Source: Syntrophorhabdaceae bacterium (GTDB lineage Bacteria > Desulfobacterota > Syntrophorhabdia > Syntrophorhabdales > Syntrophorhabdaceae). Taken from it: a stretch of DNA of 64,000 nucleotides. The notes under the pieces were generated by a model that was given only the letters and a program-made list of their open reading frames with translations, was not told where the DNA came from and searched no databases. Below are positions 21,695 to 30,975 of this stretch, piece after piece (position 1 is the first letter of the stretch; each line of letters starts with the position of its first letter). The stretch is from the NCBI GenBank assembly GCA_963665295.1, contig OY762209.1, positions 3,552,001 through 3,616,000 of the forward strand. The letters run 5' to 3'. A program made the translations under genes and the position numbers.

Positions 21695-23486
21695 CCATAA
21701 TCCACCACCCCTCTCGCCCTTACCGCTGCTTTGCCCTCCATCCGAGCCGTCTTTCCCCACCACCCTTTAAATCGGAATCAAATATGAACCCTTCGTTCCG
21801 TTTCGTCTATCCAGACATGGCACACGCCTCTCTGACGGGTAAGATTTGGGCACACCCCTCCTTTCGCCGTCTCGTTCCACAAAGAGTCTCTTCCCCGCTT
21901 CTCATCATCTATCCCGAAAGTACAAGCTCCATGATGCGTTGCCGTGCTGCGAACAATAATTCCAGGGAGGGGTGTTCTCTCGATATGCGGATCACAAGTT
22001 CCCTCGCGTGGGTCATGACCCTTCCCGGCAGGTTGATGAGGGAAAAGCGGATCGCCTTCATTCTCCTGGTGGCCCATGATCCTTTCAGCACCAGACGTTT
22101 CAATGCCGAATTGATATTAAAGGCGAGGACCATTATCCACCACCAGGCGGCATTCTCTCCGAACTTACCCGTTGGGAGTCTTCCCCCGGCAAGGTCCTCT
22201 TTCATGATAGAGTGGGCCTCCTCCGATTTCCCTGCCCGTTTATAATGCCACCGTATCAGTTCATCTCCTTCCATATCCCTGTTTGTGACGATGCCGAATA
22301 TCCTGTAGCGCTTTTGTGTCATCATCATCGTAGGGAATGAGAGTTGCCCTTCCATGCCGGGAAGGATATCCTGTTTTAAAAGCTCACGGGTAGCGAAGTA
22401 GCGGTATTCCGGATCCTTTTTGCTGTGGCCGACCGCATTGGGTACGTAGCAGACTTCGGTCCACTCCCTTCCCGTCTCCTTTCCTTCTTTATAGAGAGGT
22501 CTCCACTCTTCTGCCTGGGCCACTGCCTTTTTGAACTCAGAGGTCACATCGGCGCCTATGGCAAACTCGATCCTGCCGAAGCGTGTATTTTCGCCATTCT
22601 CGCAGTACTTCAGGAGGTCGTGTTGATACCCTGCGGTATCGGAACGGAGATAGACCTTCTCTACACCGGGAGGAAGCTTTGAGAGGGCTTCCTTGAATAC
22701 TCTTAACTGTTCATGTCCCGCAGGGACATTGCCGTCCCTGAACTCGGTATGAAGAATCAACTCCTGTTCCGCCCACCAGGTATTGAACGGTTGATAGGCC
22801 TTATGGTGTTTATAACTGAAGAGGGCGCTTCTCTTCAACGTCTCTATCAGGGTTGCATCCATATCGAGGGTCGCGACCTTTGGGGAGGCGGACTTCACTA
22901 TGGAGCAGATGAAATCCCGGTGTACCTTCATGAGGTTCATAAGATGCTCGTTCGGGGCGGGAATGAAGGCCTTCCCCTTTTCCCTCTTCTTCTCCTCCCG
23001 CGCATCATGGAAGGCGGAGAGATACCGGAATATCGGGGAAGGGGAAGGGAACGTGCGTTGCCGCTCCCGGGCTTTCCGTTCCTTGCGGGTAAGCCCTTTC
23101 TGTTCTATTCGCCGCACGACTCTGCACAGCCCCTCATCCTTTTCAAGGATAGTTACATCGTCTACGCTGTCTCCTCCGGCAAGGTTCAGAAGAATGAGGG
23201 TGAGGATTATCTGCGTGTCTGTCCAGCCTTCACTCTTTATATGCATGTGAGCACCGATCGAACCGGCGAGGCCCAAGGCCGATGCAAGGTCGAGGTAGAG
23301 GGGGAGCCCTGCGAGGGAGGTCATGCCTGTTTCTCTTTTCTCTTCTTCATACTTGTACGGAAGGAGGCCCTGTGGCATAATTGATTCACCTCGTTGGTGA
23401 TGGAATTTGGTGTGGTGACTACATTCTATCATCCCTATTCGTAGGGGCCAACGGGGTTTTTGATTATTTTTGGTGGGGGATTAAGG
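21695..23486 (-). mobile_element. IS1380-family insertion sequence (1792 bp)
   Basis: Terminal IRs CCATAATCCACCACC (21695-21709) / GGTGGGGGATTAAGG (23472-23486), 13/15 match; 4-bp direct repeat AGCC at 21691-21694 and 23487-23490. Confidence 0.88.
21909..23378 (-). CDS. IS1380-family DDE transposase
   Basis: TLDMDAT, FRDGNVPA, YLRSDTAGY, WHYKRAGKSEE..SIMKEDL, LPTGKFGENAAW. Confidence 0.9.
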   Translation of the reverse strand: MPQGLLPYKYEEEKRETGMTSLAGLPLYLDLASALGLAGSIGAHMHIKSEGWTDTQIILTLILLNLAGGDSVDDVTILEKDEGLCRVVRRIEQKGLTRKERKARERQRTFPSPSPIFRYLSAFHDAREEKKREKGKAFIPAPNEHLMNLMKVHRDFICSIVKSASPKVATLDMDATLIETLKRSALFSYKHHKAYQPFNTWWAEQELILHTEFRDGNVPAGHEQLRVFKEALSKLPPGVEKVYLRSDTAGYQHDLLKYCENGENTRFGRIEFAIGADVTSEFKKAVAQAEEWRPLYKEGKETGREWTEVCYVPNAVGHSKKDPEYRYFATRELLKQDILPGMEGQLSFPTMMMTQKRYRIFGIVTNRDMEGDELIRWHYKRAGKSEEAHSIMKEDLAGGRLPTGKFGENAAWWWIMVLAFNINSALKRLVLKGSWATRRMKAIRFSLINLPGRVMTHARELVIRISREHPSLELLFAARQRIMELVLSG

Positions 23487-23537
23487 AGCCATGGTGTGAC
23501 AGGGAGTTCGGTATGCTATGAGAGGGGGTAATGAGAA

Positions 23538-23562
23538 GCGGCGCCCCTTGGGGGGGCGCCGC
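23538..23562 (-). terminator. GC hairpin downstream of terC-like gene
   Basis: GCGGCGCCCC...GGGGCGCCGC stem. Confidence 0.55.
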
Positions 23563-23595
23563 ACAAGTCTTCAGTATACCCTGTAGCCGGTGTCG

Positions 23596-24321
23596 TCAGG
23601 ACCTGTTTATCCGGTCCAACGCGGGTTCCTGTTTGGGGACCCCCCGTACCTTCACCCACATCTTCGCCGCCACCACGACACCCACGGCAAGGGCAAGCTG
23701 CACCGTATAGTCGAGGAGGTGACCCGGATGTCCGTGGAACACGGAGCGCACCATCCAGGGATCGCTCATGATCATCTCTCCCGCTACCCTGCCCAGTACG
23801 GCGGCGCCCAGGAGGACGATCACCGGGAAGCGATCCATGAGCTTTGTAATGATGTTGCTCGCGAATACCACTATGGGGATGCTCGTGGCAAGTCCGATGA
23901 GGAGAAGAAGAAGGTTCCCGTTCGCGGCTCCCGCCACGCCGAGTACGTTATCGAGACTCATTACGAGGTCTGCCATGAGGATGGTGATGACCGCCTGACG
24001 GAGGCCATGCACCTCTTTTACGTTGTCTCCCTCCGGTTCGGGGAGGAGGAGCTTGAAGGCGATCCAGAGGATGAGAAGACCACCCGCGAGTTTCACGAAG
24101 GAGACTTCAAGGAGCTTTGCCGCCACGAAGGTAAGGGCTATCCGGAGGAGCACCGCCCCTGCGGTACCCAGTATGATGCCCCACTGTCTTTCCTTAGGGG
24201 GAAGGGACCTCACCGCCATGGCGATGACCACTGCGTTGTCTCCTGAAAGGATGATGTTGATGAAGATGATGTTAAGCAGGCCGAAAAAGAAAGGGCCGTT
24301 GAAGATATTTGCCAAATCCAT
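23596..24321 (-). CDS. TerC family integral membrane protein (YjbE-like)
   Basis: ILSGDNAVVIAMAVRSLP and ADLVMSLDNVLGVAGAA signatures. Confidence 0.92.
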   Translation of the reverse strand: MDLANIFNGPFFFGLLNIIFINIILSGDNAVVIAMAVRSLPPKERQWGIILGTAGAVLLRIALTFVAAKLLEVSFVKLAGGLLILWIAFKLLLPEPEGDNVKEVHGLRQAVITILMADLVMSLDNVLGVAGAANGNLLLLLIGLATSIPIVVFASNIITKLMDRFPVIVLLGAAVLGRVAGEMIMSDPWMVRSVFHGHPGHLLDYTVQLALAVGVVVAAKMWVKVRGVPKQEPALDRINRS

Positions 24322-24639
24322 GGTAGAGCACCTCCGGTTAACTTTCCATAATATAACCCGAAAGGAAGCGGATTTCCTATATCAATAATGTACATAATGA
24401 CTATCTATTATAAATAGGTATATACTATTGGAGAACGACGAGAGAACGGACTTTCCTCTTGGTTCGCTGCGACCGGTGTGGTACAATGGTGTCATCCGGT
24501 TTGTCAATCTGTCTTTTTTGAGTAAAAGGGGCCTGGTCCCGTGTCTCGAGGTATGAGGCGGGGATTTCTGCCACGTTGGATTTTTCAGGCAATGACTGAG
24601 GCGGGAAGAGTGGAAGGCGAACATAAGAGAATCGGGAAG

Positions 24640-27012
24640 ATGATAAACGACTCTGAGGAAGCGTTCGGAGGGAGCGGGGCGGGACTTCACCTGCTCTTTG
24701 AGAGATCTGCGGATCCCCTCCTTCTTATGCGGGAAAACAGGTTTATCGCCATCAACGATGCGGCCCTTAAGATGCTCGGGTATCCCGTGAAGACCCTTCT
24801 TCTTGGACTCAGCCCGTCACAGATATCACCCGAGATTCAACCCGATGGCCGGCGTTCGGCTGAGAAAGAGAAAACATGCCTTTCTTTGACGCGGAAACAG
24901 GGTCATAGCCGTTTCGAATGGGTGTTTCGGAAGTTCGATGGGAAGGACATCCGGGTAGAGGTGTCGCTTACTGCAATGCCCATGAAAGGAAAGGAGATCA
25001 TCCATGTCATGTGGCGTGATATCACCGGACAGAAACGGGCTGAAGATGCGTTGCGGCAAGCCGAGGGGAAGTATCGGGGAATCTTTGAAAATGCGGTGAG
25101 TGGTATCTTCCAGACAACGCCGGTCGGCCGTTTTGTAAGTGTCAACCCGGCCCTCGCCGTAATGTACGGTTTTGCCTCACCCCAGGAGATGCTGGCCAGC
25201 ATTAACGACATAGAGGATCAGTATGTCAACCCCGAGGATAGGACCAGATTCAAACTGGTTCTGGAGGAGCAGGGTTCGATATCGAAATTCGAGACACAAT
25301 TGTACCGCAAGGACAGGAGCAGGGTGTGGGTTTCCATGAGCGGCCGGGTGGTGCGGGACGAGACCGGACAGGTAGCTTACTACGAAGGTTTCGTAGAAGA
25401 CATTACCCAGCGGAAAATGGCAGAAGAGGCGTTGCGTAAGGAGAAAGAAACTTTTTTCACAATCCTTGACAATGATCCCATGGGAGTGATACTGAGCGAC
25501 CGGGTCGGAAAGTACCTGTACGTGAACCAGGAGTTCACAAACGTTACAGGTTACACTCGCCAGGACGTGCCTACGGGTAGGGACTGGTTCAGGAAGGCAT
25601 ACCCGGATCCCGCATACAGGCGCAGGGTCATGGCTGTGTGGGAGAATAACACGCTGTCCGAGGCGGGGGAATGGATAGATGTGGAATTTGCAATTACCTG
25701 CAAGGATGGTCAGACCAAGGACATAGAGTTCAGATCTACCTTCCTGAAGGACTATAGTATCACGGTCCTCAAGGACGTCACGAAGCGGAAACAGGCGGAA
25801 ACAGCGCTTCAGGAAAGTGAGGAGAAGTTCCGTCTCCTATTCGAGAAGTCCGCGGATCCCATATTTCTGATTGACGGCAGCAGGATCATGGATTGCAATG
25901 AAGCTGCCATAGGGCTGATGCGTTGTTCAGGCAAGGACCAGCTTATAGGATTGCGTCCGTCGGATATCTCGCCCACCTTGCAGCCCGACGGAGTCGAGTC
26001 CCTGGCAAAAGCCGAAAAAGTAGTGGATGTGGCCCTCAGGGAAGGGACCAGTCATTTTGAATGGATGCTTCGCGGGCTTGACGGAGAGGAGTTTCTCGCC
26101 GACGTTTCATTCACGGTCATCAGGATACATGGAAAGCAGATCATGTATACGGTGTGGAGAGACATAACGAATCGCAAACGAGCGGAAGAGGCCCTGAGAC
26201 AAGCTGAAGAGAAATACCGGAACATCTTCGAGAATGCGACCGAGGGGATCTTTCAGACCACTATCGATGGCGGCGTGCTAAGCGCGAATCCTGCATTCGC
26301 GCATCTTTTCGGATACGAATCGGCTGATGAAATGTTGCAGTCGGTCCAGGACATAACCTATGAAATCTATGCAGACCCGGCGAGAAGGGTAGAATTGAAG
26401 CGTCTTCTCGAAGAACAGGGGTACGTGAGAAACTTCGAGGTGCAATGCCGTCGAAGGGATGGCGAGAGGACGTGGATCAGCGCGAATATGCGGGTAGTTC
26501 GCGACAGCAGAGGCAAGCTCCTTTTTTACGAAGGGACCCTTTCGGACATAACGGAACGGAAGAACATACAGGAAGACCTCGAGAACAAATCACTGAGTCT
26601 GGAAGAGGCGAATGCGGCTCTTAGGGTGCTGTTGAAACACAGGGAGCAGGATGGCCGCGAACTTGAGGAGAAGGTCGTGAGTAATATCAAAGAACTCGTC
26701 CTGCCCTACGTGGAGAGATTGAAAGGAAACAGAGCGGAAAACAGTCGGCCCATAGTAGATATCGTCGAAACGAATCTGGCGGAAATCATGTCGCCTTTTA
26801 TAAGGCGTATGGCGTCGAGGTATGCAAACTTTACCCCCAAAGAAATCCAGATCGCCGATCTCATCAAGAAGGGAAAGACAACCAAGGAGATGTCCCAACT
26901 TCTCCTGCTGTCAACGAGAACCATCGATATACACCGGTACAATATCAGGAGAAAACTGAACCTCAACAAGAAGAAGATAAACCTTCAATCCTACCTCCTG
27001 TCCCTTTCATAA
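24640..27012 (+). CDS. Multi-PAS LuxR-family one-component regulator (paralog of 19986-21611); start uncertain
   Basis: About five PAS domains plus FTPKEIQIADLIKKGKTTKEMS...HRYNIRRKLNL HTH. Confidence 0.88.
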   Translation: MINDSEEAFGGSGAGLHLLFERSADPLLLMRENRFIAINDAALKMLGYPVKTLLLGLSPSQISPEIQPDGRRSAEKEKTCLSLTRKQGHSRFEWVFRKFDGKDIRVEVSLTAMPMKGKEIIHVMWRDITGQKRAEDALRQAEGKYRGIFENAVSGIFQTTPVGRFVSVNPALAVMYGFASPQEMLASINDIEDQYVNPEDRTRFKLVLEEQGSISKFETQLYRKDRSRVWVSMSGRVVRDETGQVAYYEGFVEDITQRKMAEEALRKEKETFFTILDNDPMGVILSDRVGKYLYVNQEFTNVTGYTRQDVPTGRDWFRKAYPDPAYRRRVMAVWENNTLSEAGEWIDVEFAITCKDGQTKDIEFRSTFLKDYSITVLKDVTKRKQAETALQESEEKFRLLFEKSADPIFLIDGSRIMDCNEAAIGLMRCSGKDQLIGLRPSDISPTLQPDGVESLAKAEKVVDVALREGTSHFEWMLRGLDGEEFLADVSFTVIRIHGKQIMYTVWRDITNRKRAEEALRQAEEKYRNIFENATEGIFQTTIDGGVLSANPAFAHLFGYESADEMLQSVQDITYEIYADPARRVELKRLLEEQGYVRNFEVQCRRRDGERTWISANMRVVRDSRGKLLFYEGTLSDITERKNIQEDLENKSLSLEEANAALRVLLKHREQDGRELEEKVVSNIKELVLPYVERLKGNRAENSRPIVDIVETNLAEIMSPFIRRMASRYANFTPKEIQIADLIKKGKTTKEMSQLLLLSTRTIDIHRYNIRRKLNLNKKKINLQSYLLSLS

Positions 27013-27125
27013 CTATTACCTAAATCATATAGGTATTAGCTAAAAGAATAATTGATATAGCAAATTAGACCCGATGCATTTACAATATCCCAAGTAATAT
27101 CTCCTTCCATTGTGTTATGGCACTG

Positions 27126-27160
27126 TCTTCCCGGATCCGGAAGGGTCCGGGAAGAACCCC
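27126..27160 (-). repeat. REP-like intergenic palindrome, copy 2
   Basis: Reverse complement GGGGTTCTTCCCGGACCCTTCCGGATCCGGGAAGA; first 18 nt identical to copy 1. Confidence 0.55.
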
Positions 27161-27385
27161 TGTTTCCCGAAACCCCGCACAAACGTCCCTTTAATGACCG
27201 ATAAGCGTTCGGCGTAGCGAGGGCGACGAAAAAACCCGTTTTGTTCGACGTGATCATTGTGTATACTATCAGCGTAGTACGGCACGGCCCGGAATGCGCA
27301 CGCAAGGACATTATGAGCTTTTGAGACGCGGAAAAGACCGGACCTATGAACCGGCTCGGAAGAGGCGGCATGAGGAGGAGCAAAG

Positions 27386-28858
27386 GTGCAGCCTTGGCCT
27401 AAATGTCCAATTATCTACGAGATAAATGCGTGGGTGTGGCTGGGCGAACTGAGCGAACGATACGGGAGTGCCGTTACTCTCGGCAATATACCGGGCAGGG
27501 AGTGGGATTCCTTAGCCTCCTTCAGGATCGACGCGGTCTGGTTTATGGGCGTGTGGGAGCGCAGCCCCGAGGGCATCAGGATCGCCAATGCCGACGAGAG
27601 CCTGCTTTCCGACTTTCGGACAACCCTTCCCGATTTCAGGACAAGTGACAATATAGGTTCTCCTTACTGCGTGCGCCGGTACGCGGTGGATGAGCGTCTC
27701 GGGGGAAAGGCAGGGCTTGCCTCGGCCCGTGAGGAGCTTTCAAAGCGAGGCATCAGGCTGATCCTCGATTTTGTGCCGAATCAAGTGGCGCCCGATCATG
27801 CCTGGGTAGACCAACACCCCGATTATCTGATGGGGGGAGATACGAGAGACGTCGAACAGAACCGGACCTCATTCATGGAAATTAACGGACGGGTCTTTGC
27901 GTGCGGCAGGGATACTCACCTTCCGCCCTGGCTCGATGTGCTCCAACTCAACGCCTTCAGCCGGGAGACCCGGGAAGGGGCGGTGGAGACCCTGAAAGAC
28001 ATAGCGGACCAATGTGACGGCGTCAGATGTGCCATGGCGGCCCTGCTGTTGAACGACGTTTTTGAGGGGACCTGGAGTGACCGGGCCGGTCCGAAGCCGG
28101 ACGGTGAATACTGGGCCGAGGTAATTGCCGCGGTCCGTGAAGGACGGGGCGACTTTCTGTTTATTGCCGAAGGCTACGGAGACCTCGAGTGGCGACTTCA
28201 GCAGCAGGGGTTTGACTATTGTTGCGATAAATTGCTCTACGAACGGATGGCGCACGGGAGCGCTGAAAGCGTGAAGCTCCATCTCACGGCAGAACCTGCA
28301 TATCAGGAAAAACTTGTCCGTTTTATCGAAAACCACCACGAACCCTGTGCAGCGTCCACATTTACCCCCGAACAGGAGCAGGCAGCGGCGATCGTGATGG
28401 GCACGCTTCCCGGAGCGAAGCTGCTCCATGAGGGCCAGTTCGAGGGGCGCAGGATACGGTTGCCCGTGTTCCTCGGCAGACGTCCTTGTGAAAAGCCGGA
28501 CAGGTACTTATCCGAATTCTATCGAAAGCTCCTTGATTCCGTTAACGTACCCGTCTTCCGGTCGGGTCGTTGGCAGCTTTGTGCTCAAACGGGCTGGCCC
28601 GACAACCAGAGTTACCGGAACATCGCGGCGTGGTGTTGGCAGAGGGAGGAAGAGAGATATCTGACCGTGGTTAATCTTTCCTGCTCCCCCGCACAGAGCC
28701 GTGTCCAGGTCCCCTGGCCCGATATAAAAGGGAAGCACTGGCAGTTGCTCGATGTCTTTGCTGAAGACATATACGAGCGGGATGGCGATGAAATGATCGA
28801 TCCCGGATTATACATCGAACTGGGGCCCTGGGAGTTCCATTTTCTGAGGTTTTTTTAG
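27386..28858 (+). CDS. GH13 alpha-amylase family protein, probably catalytically inactive
   Basis: IYEIN, DAVWFMGVW, GSPYCV, LILDFVPN, DGVRC, FIAE, FIENH; catalytic Asp positions read Ala and His; GGAGG RBS before GTG. Confidence 0.85.
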   Translation: MQPWPKCPIIYEINAWVWLGELSERYGSAVTLGNIPGREWDSLASFRIDAVWFMGVWERSPEGIRIANADESLLSDFRTTLPDFRTSDNIGSPYCVRRYAVDERLGGKAGLASAREELSKRGIRLILDFVPNQVAPDHAWVDQHPDYLMGGDTRDVEQNRTSFMEINGRVFACGRDTHLPPWLDVLQLNAFSRETREGAVETLKDIADQCDGVRCAMAALLLNDVFEGTWSDRAGPKPDGEYWAEVIAAVREGRGDFLFIAEGYGDLEWRLQQQGFDYCCDKLLYERMAHGSAESVKLHLTAEPAYQEKLVRFIENHHEPCAASTFTPEQEQAAAIVMGTLPGAKLLHEGQFEGRRIRLPVFLGRRPCEKPDRYLSEFYRKLLDSVNVPVFRSGRWQLCAQTGWPDNQSYRNIAAWCWQREEERYLTVVNLSCSPAQSRVQVPWPDIKGKHWQLLDVFAEDIYERDGDEMIDPGLYIELGPWEFHFLRFF

Positions 28859-28934
28859 GACAGGGGTATTTGTGAAATTAGGGACAAAAATAGATTGACT
28901 AAAAGTGGCCCTTATGATAAATACAAGAAGCGAA

Positions 28935-29189
28935 ATGATGGTTATGGCGGCCCTGAATAGCAAGAAAGATGTTGTCAAATCTCTTTTTAGCTACAGCTCA
29001 CTTGGCTTGGAGATGGGGCTCTGTGTTGCCGTAGGGTTAACCATCGGTTATTATCTTGACAAGTATTTTCAGACTTACCCTTATCTATCAATTGCGTTTT
29101 TGTTTGTGGGGATTCTGGCTGCTATGAAGACGATATATACCATGGCCAAAAAGATGGAAAAGGATAATGAAAGAAACAACCATAAGTGA
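28935..29189 (+). CDS. AtpZ/AtpI family small membrane protein; start uncertain
   Basis: SSLGLEMG...GYYLDKYFQTYP motif; first gene of Fo cluster. Confidence 0.8.
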   Translation: MMVMAALNSKKDVVKSLFSYSSLGLEMGLCVAVGLTIGYYLDKYFQTYPYLSIAFLFVGILAAMKTIYTMAKKMEKDNERNNHK

Positions 29190-29559
29190 TATCGAGCGTG
29201 TCAACATGTACGTTTTCGTGCTCGGATCGATACTCTCCGCAGTGATTATGAGAGAGTTTAAATATTTCTTCAGTTTTGCCGTTGGAAGTTCCATGATGGT
29301 ACTCAACTTCCGATTCCTTAGGAAGATCGTAGAGGGAGGATTTTCGAACCCGGCTGTCAGTAAGAAAGAGGTTCTTATAAAACTCCCGATAAAATTTCTC
29401 GTTCTCGTGGGACTTGTGGCAGTGGTGGTGATTTTCGGCGATATAAACGTGGCTTTCTTTGTGGCAGGTCTTTCCACCATCTTTATATCCATTGTGATCA
29501 ACCAACTCATGGCTATCTTTATCCCTGCGGGAAAAAGGAGGCAAAAAGATGGAGCATGA
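29167..29559 (+). CDS. atpI: ATP synthase subunit I
   Basis: Four-TM hydrophobic protein (LNFRFL) directly before atpB. Confidence 0.75.
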   Translation: MKETTISDIERVNMYVFVLGSILSAVIMREFKYFFSFAVGSSMMVLNFRFLRKIVEGGFSNPAVSKKEVLIKLPIKFLVLVGLVAVVVIFGDINVAFFVAGLSTIFISIVINQLMAIFIPAGKRRQKDGA

Positions 29560-30247
29560 AGCATTCACGTGGGCCTCTCTAATCCCTTTTCTGAAGGACC
29601 TACCTCCCCACGTATCAAACGGGATCATCGTGTCGGTCATACTTCTCGTGATCGTGATCCTTGGGTACAGGCAGTTGAAGAAAACAGAGGACGAGATTGT
29701 TCCGGCCGCCGGACTCACGTTCAGGAACGTTACGGAGATAATGGCCGAGGGAGTTTCGAACATTATCATCGATACCATGGGGCCAAGAGGAAAAGAGTTT
29801 GTCCTGCTGGTGGGGACGCTGGGATTGTTCATCCTGTTCAATAACCTCTCCGGTCTTATACCCGGCTTTATGCCCGCTACCGATAACGTGAACACTACCT
29901 TCGCCTGTTCTCTTACCGTATTCGTGATGACTCATTATTACGGGGTGCGGGAGCATGGAATTAAATATCTCAAACAGTTTATGGGACCCTTCATATGGCT
30001 CGCGCCGATCATGATTCCCATTGAGCTTGTCGGTCATATCGCACGTCCCCTGTCTCTGGGACTCAGGCTTTTCGGTAACATATTCGGCGACCATCTGACT
30101 ACCGGGATATTCTTCCTGCTTGTTCCTCTCTTGATCCCGCTACCCATGATGCTGCTCGGTCTGTTTGTCGCATTTGTTCAGACCTTTGTGTTTATGATGC
30201 TGGCGATGGCATATTTTTCTGGGGCTATTTCCCATGAAGAACATTAA
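29549..30247 (+). CDS. atpB: Fo ATP synthase subunit a
   Basis: NLSGLIPG, PIELVGHIARPLSLGLRLFGN, FVQTFVF. Confidence 0.96.
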   Translation: MEHEAFTWASLIPFLKDLPPHVSNGIIVSVILLVIVILGYRQLKKTEDEIVPAAGLTFRNVTEIMAEGVSNIIIDTMGPRGKEFVLLVGTLGLFILFNNLSGLIPGFMPATDNVNTTFACSLTVFVMTHYYGVREHGIKYLKQFMGPFIWLAPIMIPIELVGHIARPLSLGLRLFGNIFGDHLTTGIFFLLVPLLIPLPMMLLGLFVAFVQTFVFMMLAMAYFSGAISHEEH

Positions 30248-30274
30248 ATAATAATAGGAAAGGAGTGAGATTCA

Positions 30275-30604
30275 ATGAAAAAAGCTTTATTAGTCATGAT
30301 GCTTCTCGGGATTTTCGTAGGTCTCTCTGTAAGTATGGCAATGGCTGCTGAAGAGGGAAAGGGTCTTGATTCGTCCGTAAAGCAGATGATTGCCCTTGCG
30401 TCAGGCTTAGGCATCGGCATTGCTGCTGCTGGAGGCGCTGTAGGTCAGGGTAAGGCCCTCTCGGGCGCATTGGATGGCATAGCCAGAAATCCCGGCGCCG
30501 CAGGCAAGGTGTTTACGCCGATGATCATCGGTCTGGCAATGATTGAGTCCCTTGTAATATACTCTCTCGTTGTTTCATTACTTCTGTTCTTTAAGCTTGG
30601 TTAA
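30275..30604 (+). CDS. atpE: Fo ATP synthase subunit c with N-terminal extension
   Basis: GIAAAGGAVGQG, IARNP loop, AMIESLVIY. Confidence 0.96.
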   Translation: MKKALLVMMLLGIFVGLSVSMAMAAEEGKGLDSSVKQMIALASGLGIGIAAAGGAVGQGKALSGALDGIARNPGAAGKVFTPMIIGLAMIESLVIYSLVVSLLLFFKLG

Positions 30605-30613
30605 GCAGGACAC

Positions 30614-30638
30614 GGGGGGCGAACCCGGTTCGCCCCCC
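30614..30638 (+). terminator. Hairpin terminator after atpE
   Basis: GGGGGGCGAAC...GTTCGCCCCCC stem. Confidence 0.7.
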
Positions 30639-30939
30639 CGGCTCGTTTTGTCCGGATAGGGATCGTGGGAGATAGCCACAGAACGACCCGAATTTCGGAT
30701 CTTCTCAGAAGGGTTTTTTCCGGTCGTACAGATATTCGCACATAGTTCTTTTTGACCATAGTCGCGGGAGGCCTGTGGTTCGGGTCAAGGGGCGAATCGT
30801 TACATAATCCCATGTCAAAGATCATGAATTTGCGGCATACCTCGGGGGCTTCGTGGTTTTGCGGTCTCCGGTGACTCCTCTACCATCGCTCCCGGTTTTG
30901 AGCGGCGCCCAACGCGCATCCCTCGCTGCCGCGGGCCTT

Positions 30940-30969
30940 TTGACAAACAGTGGTGCGGGCGGTTAGACT
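30940..30969 (+). promoter_or_regulatory. Sigma-70 promoter of uvrB (leaderless arrangement)
   Basis: TTGACA-18nt-TAGACT, 6 nt before ATG, no SD. Confidence 0.6.
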
Positions 30970-30975
30970 ATTCCC

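Noticed and set aside
24322..24540. yybP-ykoY riboswitch upstream of the terC-like gene
   Set aside because: Region is AT-rich and I could not find the conserved elements; an Rfam scan would settle it
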